The notes below the pieces were generated by a model. The model saw only the letters and a program-made list of their open reading frames with translations, had not been told where the DNA came from and made no database searches. 64,000 nucleotides of DNA from an uncultured bacterium (GTDB taxonomy: Bacteria > Oederibacteriota > JAAXVQ01 > JAUVAV01). Positions 30,401-42,400 of this stretch are shown in pieces. The position numbers were made by a program, and so were the translations under genes. How positions within the stretch are numbered: position 1 is the stretch's first letter; every line of letters starts with the position of its first letter. The DNA lies in contig CAVQBK010000004.1 in the NCBI GenBank assembly GCA_963710755.1, positions 1-64,000 on the forward strand, in the 5' to 3' direction.

Positions 30401-33400
30401 TTCTTCGCGTTGTCGACGGACTCCTTGACGGGTCACGGCAGTTATCGGGTGCTTTTCCAAGAGCCGGGAGCAAACGGCACTCCTGCGGTGGCGGAATTCA
30501 AAGCAGGACAATTGGCGCAGGTTGTTTCCAATGATGCCCATCAGAGCGTAAGAAGCAATTTCACCTACGATGATCAGGGCCAAGTGACGGGCCATGAGCT
30601 CACGCAGACCAGCCCGGTTAATAATGCGGTAGCAGTGGCCAAATATGGAAAAGGCGGCGCCATGTCCGGAGAAACCGTCTATGACCGCGACATGGGTGCC
30701 ATTTTGAAATTTGGAGCGGATAATAAATTCCTTGGCGTGGAAAAATCCGCAATTACGGACAAATCTTCCCCGCTTTATTCCGGTAATCGTTTCAAACTGG
30801 AATTGCTGTCTGACGGCAACGGTTTCAAAATGACCAACCAAAGCGGCATGGTTAAAGTCTATACCGCGGACGGTCAGCAAGTCCTGCAGAGCCCAAGCGG
30901 CAGCGGCCAAGCTCCTCAGGATGTGCAGAATTTCAATATCAAACAGCAGGAAACTTTGGTGGTGCCAAAGCTGGGAGAATTCAACAGCGTGACCGGTGCC
31001 ATTGAAAAGACGACCATGGAAATCAAGGAAGATCATTATGTCAATCGCCGGCAGGTGACCATGGCTTCCGATGATGGTTCGGTAAGCCAAGAGGTCATTG
31101 ACAGCACCCGGCTTGACGGCGTGGTGACGCAAAGAACGTTCGCCCTGGCTTCCGGGGATCAGCAGCAGGGCATGGGGTGGCAATTGACCCAGGTCAAAGG
31201 CCGGGCCATATTTTTGCAGGAAAAAGGATATGGGACCAAGGCTATGTTTCAGACCATGGCCGCCCAAAGTGACCATGTGGCTATGTTCAAGAATGCTGTC
31301 TTTAATCAAAATGGATTTTATACCTTAATGGCAACCGGCCAACCCGGCTCAGCCCAATATAATTTGATGGGTGAAGTTAATATTAAGGGCAAGGGAATAA
31401 TTAAGGTTGTAGCCGGCTTGAACGATAAAACCAAAGAAGTGCAAGTTCAGAATTTTAATGGATCTGAAGCTGCCATCGCGGCCTCTCATGTGGCGGACAA
31501 GGAATTGGCATTATTAAGCGACGGCCAGGCCCCGGTGGACGGCGTCAGTGAAGGCCAGGTTAAGTTTACCTCCAAAGATGGCACCCTGTTCATGTCCGTC
31601 AATCGCGGTTTTGACGGCGCCGTAAAAGGGTTTGAACTAAAAGGAAAGGATAGCTTTGGCGCTGAAGTCTCAGCCGCTTTAAACGATCAAGGCAATGGCT
31701 ATTTGGCCCATAGTTTTATCATTCCCGAGGGCGTTGACCATCCTGCTCTGAGAGCTGCAGCCGGCGGTCAGGCAATGGCCATCAGCGCAGGCAAAACCCT
31801 TGATATTCCGGGGGCATATGGCTCGGTTAACTTTGTGGCGGATCATAAAATCATGGTTCAAGTCAATCGTGATGAGCATGAGGTCATTACAGGCCATTCC
31901 TTACGCGGCACCGATGAATACGGGGGCACTGTAATCACGGCTTTAAATGGTAAAGGAACGGCTTTATTGGCCCAGAACATCATCGTGCCGCAAGGCTTGG
32001 ATCATCCGGCTCTGAAAGCGGTGGCCGGGAATCAAGCCGGCGCCATCAAGGCCGGCCAACCCATTGCGGTGGACGGCGCCTTCGGCAAAGTTAATTTTGT
32101 TGATAACGGCAACATCCTCCTTCAGGTCAATCATGATGGTAACGACAAGTTTACGGGCTACAGTATACGTGGTACCGACAAATACCATGGCATTGTTCTG
32201 GCCGGCGCAGATAAAGTAGGAACCCATCTGCTCGCCCAAAATATTATAGTGCCCGTAGGAGTGAACCATCCTGCTTTGACAGCATCTGCTGGAGATCAAG
32301 CCTCAGCTATCAGTCGGGGACAATTGGTCAGCGTTGTGGGCGCTAATGAAAGTGCTGTGGATTTTACCAATAAGGGCACCATCCTGATCCAGGTTAACCG
32401 CGACGATAACGGCAAGGTTAGTGGCTGGGGACTTAGGGGTGTTGATCAGTATGGGGATACCATTGTCACTGCAATAGGTAAAGGCGGCCATTTGGAAATG
32501 AAAAATGCTTTAATCCAGGTCGGCAGCCGTAATCCTTTATTGGCCCAAGCCGTTGGGAACAAGCAGGCCGGTGCTTTCCAAAAAGGCAACACAACAGTCA
32601 ATCAAATGGATGGTGTGGACGGCCCGGTGGCTTTTGCCAAAGATCACCAGATTGTTATTCAAACCAGCCGCGATGATCAGGGTATTAAATACAGTGTTTT
32701 AGCTCATTCGGTAAAAGATCCCAGCGTGATGCTTATTGCTGGCCTGGATGGCAACCAATCTCTGGGGTTATCAGCGGCTATTGGATCGCGCTCCAGTTTG
32801 ATAGGCGTAAATGCGGCGAAAACCATTCTGGACAAATTTGACGAAAAGAGCCATACCGCTGTTGTGGATGGGCAGAACCTTGATTGCCAGAATGATGAGG
32901 GCAACGTCGTGGTAAATATTGGCAAGAGCGATGGTGAAATCACTTACAGTGTCAGAACCACCTCTGCCCAAAATTCCAAGGTGACCTTCATCGTCGGTCA
33001 GAATGACAAAAAAGGTATTCAAATTACCGATGGTATGGGTTCCCAAAAAGATCTGGTGGCCCTCGGTGTTGCTGTGGCGGAATTCAAGCATGTGGATGCG
33101 GCCACGGGTACCACCGAAGCCGCCGTGATTGACGGGACTACGGGCAATAAACAGGTCTTTGAAGTGAGGGTGATTGGTGAGAACGAGCAGGTTCACGTAC
33201 GCTATGGCCGCACCAAGGACGGCGTATTGACCTACGGCTTGTTGGGAACATCCACCAAGTTTAAAGATGTCACGATCATGACCGGCATGGACAGCAAAGG
33301 CCGCAGCATGATGGTGCAAATGGCCAAAGGCAATCAAACAGATCTGGCGCTTTTGGGCATGCCCGTCAACGCACTGCTGACGGCCAATCAAAATGCACCG

Positions 33401-36400
33401 ATGGGCAAAGCTCGTCAAATTTTGGCTGATGCCAATCATGAGTATACCATTACGTTTGGTGAAGATGGGTCGCGTACCCTTAATGGTTATGCCCAAGTCT
33501 ACAGCCGGACGGACAAGGGTTATATGGGGCATCAAATCCAGGCTTTCGGAACCTTGGATAAAGACGGGAAATACACCTTTGGCGCCAAGGGAACAAACCG
33601 GGAATTGGAGGCCTTAGGGTTTGATCTCAAAGCGTTGGTGATGAAAAACCACAGTTTCGGCCGTGAAAATGCCTTGGTTTTTAACAGCCGGGTATTGACC
33701 ATGCTGGATACGGGCGATCACCAAATTCTTCAGGGCAGAACCATCAGCGGGGAAGAAGCTTCCTTGTCGTTGGACACGATTCATAACACTTTTTCCGCGT
33801 CCCGGACCATTACGCAAACCATCAACGGTCAGGAAGTGGCCATGCGGCTGGATAGAGATGAGCATGGCAGCATGGTAGTGACCATCAATGGACAACAGTT
33901 TGCCATGGCTGATGGATTAAAAATAAGTGCCGCTTCCGGGGACTATAACGGCATGATCCAGCTCGAAAGCGGCGACATGAAAAAATATATTACTTTACAA
34001 GGAGATGAAAAAACCGGGTTCATACAACGTTGGAATAACAAAATTTACGAGGCCGCCCATCAAATTGCCGCTGCTTGGAATGATAGAGTGAATAATGCAA
34101 ATTCAGGTCAATTTACATTTTTTGATAATTTAGCGGACAGTATGGCCTTTACCGGGGCTGCCTTCACAGCAGGAATAGCGATGCTGACCTCTCCCCTCAC
34201 AGGGGGATTAGATGCGGTTGCTGATAATTACTTGAAGGAACATGAGAATTGGGCAGCAGCAACAGCTTATGTGGCTTGTAAAACCGTTTCAGAACAAGCG
34301 CCCATCATTGGAGCCATACTCCTGGGACCGGCCGGTGGCACTGCTCTTATTGGTTCGGGAATATTGATGGAAATGAAGCCCGTCGTCAGCGGCGGCGGAC
34401 TTGGAGATTTTATTAAATCAGCCGGTTCATCGCTGCTGGTGACAGGTAATAATTTCTTTGTGCAACCGTTTATTATAGCCAAGGATGCCCTTGTCAATGT
34501 ATGGACCGGCCATGGCGAGGAAGCCTTGTCTTATTACGGACAAGCAGACCGTTATGTCCAACTGACCGGCGCTCTGGTACAAGTGGCGTTTGCTTTCACT
34601 ATGACCAGAAGTTATGGTAAAGCCTTGATTGATGGAACCACCATGCTGCGCTTCAGACTTTCTGAAGCGGGCGAAGCGTTTAAAAATACTGCAGGCAGCA
34701 GTGCTTTATTGGCAGCTGGTAAAGCCCTCTTCCAGGGTGTTTCTCCCGTCAATTTTTCATCAGAAGCGATGACGGCGGCCAAGGAAATTATGAAAAGCAA
34801 CCACACTTCATCTACGAAGTTTGAGGCCCTTAAGGAGTTAAGAGCCGGTAAAGATCCGGAAGCCGTGATAAAGGCAGTGGATGCCATTCAGAAGCCGCCA
34901 ACGATAATGAACAGAGTGGCCACTGCTTTGAAGCTTAATGAAGGCCCGGTGGCCAACGTCGTGGAAACGGCAGGGCGCACCGTGAGAACGGTTACCCGGG
35001 CGGTTGGCTCAAGCGTTGAAAAAGTGGTCAATGTCGTTAAGGCTGCCTTGGCACCTGTGGGTGATGGCATTGTCCATTTTGCCGCCAGCAGCAGGGACGT
35101 TGTCATCAATCAAGTCGTTAAAGTGGTTCAAGCAGTGGGAAAAGTCCAAGGTATAAGCGCGCTGGCCTCGGGCATTAAAACAGTAACTGCGGTAGTGAAT
35201 GGGTGGAGTGCGGCGCTCAGCAGCACTGCAACCCAGGTAAGCGTGGCCATTAAAGTATTCGCCATGAATGCGGCTTCCGGAATAAGCACAACCGCGGCTA
35301 ACTTAATGGCCAACTCCAACCCGGCGTTGAGCAAGATGTTATCCAATTTGTCCCAGCAATTGGAAAATGGCGCGGCAAAGATGCAGGAACAAAGCAAGCT
35401 GACCCTTGAATCCAAGACCGAAGGTCAAACCAGCCGAGCCGAAGCCGGCTTGGCGAAATCCTTTGAAGAGAAAATCACTGCAATTGAAAGCAATTTTGAA
35501 AAAGCTGGCACGATCTTTGAACTGTATGAACAAGGTGCAAAATTAAAATCCGCCATGAACGCTTATGGAAATTTCCTGGCCATGAGCGGTAATGCTGATC
35601 TGGTTCTAAATAAAGTACAGGCATTGACGGAGCAAGGCCACGGAGGCACAGCGCAAATTCTCGAAGGCGTGCTGCAAGTCCGCGCCGATATTGCCGGCAA
35701 AGTTATTGAAAGCATCAAAGGGACAGAAGCCGGCCATGCGGTTATTGCAGCCTTGGGCAAGAACATCGCTCAGAATGGGCCAATGGCGGCCGCCGTGCTG
35801 GCCAAGGAAGGCGTCTCGGAGGATATCGCCGGTGCCGTGGTCAAAGCAGCCTGTGCCAATCCCGGGAACACGGCGCAATTTGTAAAAGCCTTGACCCACA
35901 ATACGGACGCCATGGTTCAAGCCGTACGCGCAGCCGACCCGGTAAGCGCGGCCAGCATGGCTGATGCCGTATTTTCATCGGTTAAAGGCAGCACCAGAAC
36001 CACGGCGGCCATGAAACAGATGGCCAATGCCATGGCCAAGGATTCTGCGGTGGCCGGCAAGGTTGTTGATATTGCGGCCGCCGGTGACCGCGGGTTTATG
36101 CGGGAAAAAGTGATGGAGTTGTCCAAGGAAACCGCCCAATTGGAAAGCAATTTCCTCGGCGCCTTAGGCCAATCGCCCAAAGCCATGGCGGCGTTCATGC
36201 AGCAGGCAGCTCAAGGGCGTTACGGCCAGCACCGGGCGGAAGCCTTCACCAAGCAAGTGGCCAAAGATCCCCAAACCAGCCGTCAGATGGGCAAACTATT
36301 GGATTCCGCCAAAGCTAATGCGCAAGGCAGGTTGGTGAGTCCCCGCACGGCTGAGCTCTTCAGAAACACGATCGCCGATCAATTGGCCCGGAATCCGCGA

Positions 36401-39400
36401 AGCGAACCCATGCAAAACCTTTTAAAACAGTTTTCCGAATCAGGACAAAGGCAAATTTATAGGCAGTTGACCAATGATCTTGCCCGGGATCCGGTTAAAG
36501 CAGAGAATTTTAAAGACGCCGTGGTAAAAGATTTAAGAAAGGCCATGAAAGGCATAGGCGCGCCTAAGGTGGAACTTAATGCCAAAATAGAAAGACTGAC
36601 CGATCTGACACCCAAAGCCGAAGGAAATGTGAAAGCCGACGCTGCCCAAGGTCAGGGTCAAGGGAAAGGCCAGGCTGACGCCAATAACAGCACTGAACCC
36701 AACTTTGTCAACGAAGTGGTTGCAGCCTTAAAAACGGTTATTGACAACATGACAGGCAAAGCCAAAACCTTCAAGGAACCGGGTGCTTCAGGCTATAGGG
36801 CGCCATTCAGCCTGGCAGGAAGCAGAACGATGGAAGCTTTGCGAACCGATCCGCTGCAGGCTGCCTATGAATTCACCAAAACCATTTCCGGATTGCGGCT
36901 GGTGGAAGGCACGGCCAAGGCTATAGGCCAGCTTGGCAGTGGAACGGCCAAGCAATTCCGAGAAGCTTATTATAAAAATCAGCTCGAAGGATCGACGCAA
37001 GGATTACGTCAGGCTTTTGAAGCCAACAATAAAAGTTTGGAGACCCTGGATGCCCGCTTGGAGGCCATGGCTTTAAAGAATCTTCGTTCCCCGGGCGTTG
37101 ACAACCGTTTGTTTAACAAGCTTCAAAAAGGTATGGCCCAGCGGCAAGAGTTGAAAGCCCGGCAGGAACAGTTGTTAAAAGTGGCGGAGGGAAAAATTGA
37201 AGAAGCCACGTCAACCGTGGGGGAAATAGCAAGGTTAAAACTAAGCGCCCAGGAACTTCAAGCAGCCAATGAGGCAGGCCAGGCATATGATGCGGCGGTT
37301 AAAGCTCTGGAAAGCAAGGCTGAAAATTTTAAAACGATCGAACAAGCACAACGTCAAGTGGAAGAATCCGCGCTTGCTGAAAATGGCGGGCAGGCGCAAG
37401 CATTACCGGAAAAGGTGAAATCCCGGATCGATGCCTACCGGGTGTCTTTGGCGGAAGCCGCTTTTGAAGTGAATGCAGCCCGTGAGGAAGCACAAACCGA
37501 ATTAAATCAAATGTTGGCCAAGCCTGAGTTAGGCCAACGGCTGGGTGAACTAATGGTTCAAGAAAGCGTGGCCTCTTTGGGACGTCAAGCTGTTCAGGCC
37601 CAAGCACGGGTAAAAGGTAACTATGCCGAAGCTTACCGTGCGGCTGTGGCAAGGCCTGAAGAAGCGTTGACAAGACAAGCCAAACAAATTGGATCCCAGA
37701 TCGAAGGAGTAGAACGGCAAGCGCAACGCGCAGCCGGCCGGACCGAATTGAGAAGCCGGCAGCAGCAGGCGCGCCTTGAGAACCGGATGGCTTTGCAACG
37801 AGAATTGGCAGCCACCCAGGAACGTCTGGATACGCTTGACCCCACGAGCGAACAGGCTAAGGAACTCAAATCCCATCAAGACAGGCTGGAAACGCAGTTG
37901 GCGCGTCTTGATCGCGCCGACCAACGGGAGCTGCAAAGAGCCCGGCAAAAACAGCAATTGGAAAAGCGTGGGGCGCAATTGCAAACCCGGATCGCGAATA
38001 AGGATACGTCTCTTTCCCATCAAAGCCGACAGGCTACGCGGTTGATCGAGGTCAAAGCGCGGGAAGAGAAGAAGGCGCCTTTTGCCGAGGCGAGAAGCCG
38101 GCAGCAGCAGGCACGTCTTGAAAGCCGGCAGGCCCTGCAACATGAATTGGACGAAACCAAGAAACGTTTGACAATGCTTGACCCCTCCAGCCGCCAGGCC
38201 AGGGATCTCGAATCGCACCAATCCAGAATAGAAGCTCAGTTGGAGCGCCTTAATCGCGCCGACCAGCGGTATCTCCAAAGCGTCAAGCGAAACCAGCCAA
38301 TGGAAAACCGTTACAGAGAAGCTATTTATCAAGAATTGGCTGCACTGGAAGGTGCCAGGGCCCGGTTGCTGAAAAGAGCCGAGCAATTTGGCCAATTGAA
38401 GACCTTGGCCGAAACCTTGCTGTCCAAATCAGCGGCTGAATTGCAGAATCAGGATTTGTATGATTTCACGGCCAAGGTAATGGAACAACTTCCCATCAAG
38501 GATCAAACCGAATTGTTCCGGGCTGACAAGAACCATCATCTCGAAGTGATATCCCGCATGAGTTCCGAGGGCGCCCAGGCCTTGAGCCGGGCCTTGACCA
38601 AAACAGAAGCCCGGGCCTTGATGGATGCCATGCTGGAAATGGGCCGGGCTTACGACGAACAAGCCCAACAGCAATCAACGGCAATGGAACAAGGACGCTT
38701 GCGGGACATGGCCAAAACGTTTTACAGCAAAGCCGGCGATTTGTTGGCCGGCCGGCCGGCTAAGGAAATCATGCAATTAATCAATAACCCTGCCTTCAAA
38801 AAAGCCGCGGAATCAAGCAATGCCACTTCGGTTCAAGCGGCACTTATGTTGCATGGCAAACAACCTGTCTCAAGTAGAATGCTGCGCACCGTGGAATCCT
38901 TTGCCGATTACCTCCTGCAACAGCCGACCACCATGTCCTTTGATACGGTGTTGAAGAATTTTGGAGAATCCCGGTCCTGGTTCCAGCGGCTTCGCACTGA
39001 CAGCACGGAAGCCATGGTCAAAGCCTTGAAATTGGAGCCCCGAACCCTGGAGCAACAATTAACCGCACTGGATGAACTGGCTTCCGAACCGGCCAAAGCC
39101 TTTAAAAATCAACTTATGCAAGGCCGGACAGCGGAACACCAAGCCCAGTTGGAAAAAGCTGGGGCAGAAGTGGATAGGCTTAAAAGCGAGGTAGCCAGAA
39201 TTGAAAATGCCCGGCAAAAAGCGGTCGAAGAGAGAACCGCTTCGGAGGAAGCTTACCAGGAAACCTTGACTCAAACCAAGGCCGAACTGGCCCAGGCGGA
39301 AAGCAATTTGGAAGCCTTGAAGTCTAAAGAAGTGAAATTGGCTGACAGCAGCAGCGATCTGGCCAAGGCGCTCGAAGCTTTTAATGCCGAGCGGAGCAGC

Positions 39401-42400
39401 AGCGGTCAGGCCGTCTTAAGTGAAAAGGATATTTTACTTGAGAACCGGGATGAAGCGAGGGAAAACGCCATCAGTCAAGTCACCTCACAGGCTAGAATCA
39501 ACGCCCAAATGAAGCTGATGGACAACAAGGGCCGATTAAATGCTCTGCGTGCGCAATTAACGCAACTGGAAAAGGCCCAGGCATTTAAGCCCAGCCTGAG
39601 CAACCAGGTTCAGCAAAGCATTTTAAAATTTAGAATCAACAGGCTTAATCGCCAGGTTGTCAACGCTGAAAACCGCTTTACCAATTTTGCGGAATTGCCC
39701 CTGCCCAATAACTTGGAGGTACGCCGCTTAGCCAACACTTTTGCTCTGGAAACTAATCTCGATGTGGCATTGCAAATGGAAAAAATTCATAAACGTTTGC
39801 AAACTACGGCCGAAGCAGACCGGGCGGCCCTTCTGGAAAAAGAGGCAGCCATGACGCCTGAAGGTTTCAAAGAGTGTTGGCCCTATTATGAAAAAGTCTT
39901 GAATGAAGCAAGTAAAGATGCCATCAAAGACCTTAATGATGACAATCAAGCTTTTCGGCGTCAGCTCATGAGCGCTCTGCCCAAGGGAATCACCAATGGC
40001 CGGCAACTGTACGATGCCTTTAAAACCCTTCGCGAAGGTATAATCAAAAACGGGGACATTCAGGAAGGATCGATTCGTGATGCACGTCTCATACGCGTTT
40101 ACAGTGAAATTGCCTTTACCCGTGTAACTGGTTTCGATAACATCCGATTGGCCCAGAAAATAATGTTGAATTCCTTTTTCGGGCAACAAAACGTTGGGTT
40201 GGCTGCTGGCGGTGGTAAGACCAACATATTTATTATGATGCATATGCTTGGCATCATGAGTGGCGGAACCCTGCGCGGCGAAATTCTGGTTGATGATCCG
40301 GCAGCTATCGAAAAATACAAAACGGAAATGCAAAATACGGGGCTTAAACAGGGAGACTTGGCCGAAGCCTTGGGCTTGGAATTGGTCAATGGCAATGCCT
40401 TGCACAATGAAGGACGTTACCGGGAGCTGGAAGCAGCCTTGAACAGCTCCGACAAAATTGTGATCTTTGACCATATTACCCGTGCCCATTTAAGAAATGC
40501 CGAAGTCAGCAGCTCCAGTTTACGGCAGGCTTTGCAACAAAGCAACTATGTTGGGATTGATGAAGTTCATATGGCCGCGACTTCGCAAACGTCAGCGATT
40601 ATTGGCGGCGATATTGCCAAGCCTAGAGCGGCGTTGGTCCGGAAGGTAGATCAATTACTGAATGAACTGGGCTTCGAACAGTCAAATTTTAAAGCTCAAG
40701 TGGAAGCCGGGAAATTACCTCAATTGCGCAATGGATTTGAAGTGATCGACCACCGTGGTAAGGAACTGACCGATGATCAGATGGTGGAGTTCAACCGTAT
40801 GACTGGTAAAAAAATCATTTTGAGCGATGGGCAGATAAAACTTAATCTTGCAGCCCAGACGGCATTGAGAGGATTTACGGAGGGACAAATATCTTCTGTC
40901 CTGCGCACCCTTTATAGCAAGGTTGGAAAAGCCGGAGAATATATTTCCTATGCCACCCTAAACGGTAATATCTCGCCGGTCAATAGTCTGGGTAAGATTG
41001 AAGAATCCCAGATCAGCAATGATATTGCCCACCAAATTACAGCTGCGCGTATCAATGGATTGGATCCCTTTGATGCCGTGAGGGTAAATCACACCAAAAT
41101 GCAAACTTCCATGTCCGCCATGTATGCCGGCAATCACGGCGCTCACCTTGTTGGTGCATCCGGTACTATTGCCGGCATCGAAAGTTTGATGAAAAGTAAA
41201 ATAGGATCTTCTGCTCGCCACGTCAGTACTTCTATCTTTGATATCAAATCCATGATTGAAAACACGGCCATGGATGCGGATACCAAGGGGCGGCTTTTAA
41301 CGGACAGTCAAGCCGATCTTGCAATAGCTGATACAGCCCTATTTAAAGGGCTAAAACAAGGGTGGGACGGGTTTGTTGCAGAAGCCGATCCTGTCAAACA
41401 ACTGGAATTGGTCAAAGAATATGCTAAAAAAGCACAAAATCAGGGAATGGACGACACGATCATAAGCGTGATCGGTGCTGAAGGCGCGGGCTTCTATGTG
41501 CGCGCAGGTAAAGGTCATGAAATGCTGAAAAGTAAAGCTTTCCAGAACCTGTTGAAAGCAGCTGAAGTTCCGGCAGAAAATGCCCGCGAGGCTACCAGTA
41601 AAGTTCAAGGTATGGACTATATTGAAGTCAAAGATGGTATTCAAGCTGTGGTTCAAAGTCATAAAGCAACACCGGAAGCAGGTAAACAATATCTCAAAGG
41701 ACCGCAGATCACCATTGCCAATGAGCAAGCTTTTGTGGGTAAGAATTTCCAGAACAAATTTACCATGATCTTTAGAAATGTTCAGAACTATACAGCAGAT
41801 ATGATCACTCAAACCTTACTGCGTACCGGCCGGCCGGGCGGGGAAAGAGCAGATGGACGGTGGTCCACGTTGCGGTTTGCGGTGGTGAATGAAGCGGAAC
41901 TTGGCAATGTGGTGGAACAGGCCAAGAGACGTGGTAATGAAATCAAAAGTCTCCTTGACTTGAGCAAAACCAATGATGCCACCACTGCGAAAATTCTGGA
42001 TAAGACAGATCTAAACCTTGGTGAAATGCTTAAACTTGGAGCAGAATACCGTCAGTTAAAATTGGTTGGTGATGCCACCAGGTTCGCAGTTCAGGATACG
42101 TTCCGTGATTTGATATTGATCGATCCACTCAAAAAAGCATTAAGGGGAGTAACCGAAGGCAGCCAGGCCCACAAGATCCTTGATAACGAATTGTCCATAA
42201 CCTTAAACCGCAGTGCTGAAGGTGCTGATATCAAACTTCGGTTGCGTGGTAATCAATCTCCTGAAGAGCTTAACAACAAATATGTCAGTGATAATTTTAA
42301 CCGTAATTTGAGAGCTGCCAACGGAGTATGGTTTAAAATTTTAGGCAAATCAATTGTACAGGGTGCCTGGAAAACCAGTGGCAAGGCCGTGGAACAATTA

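Noticed and set aside
40100-42350. Housekeeping secA fused by misassembly or read-through
   Set aside because: The motifs are far too divergent for housekeeping SecA (GGGKT, DEVH, no GRGTDI), and the frame is continuous with the flanking giant-protein sequence.
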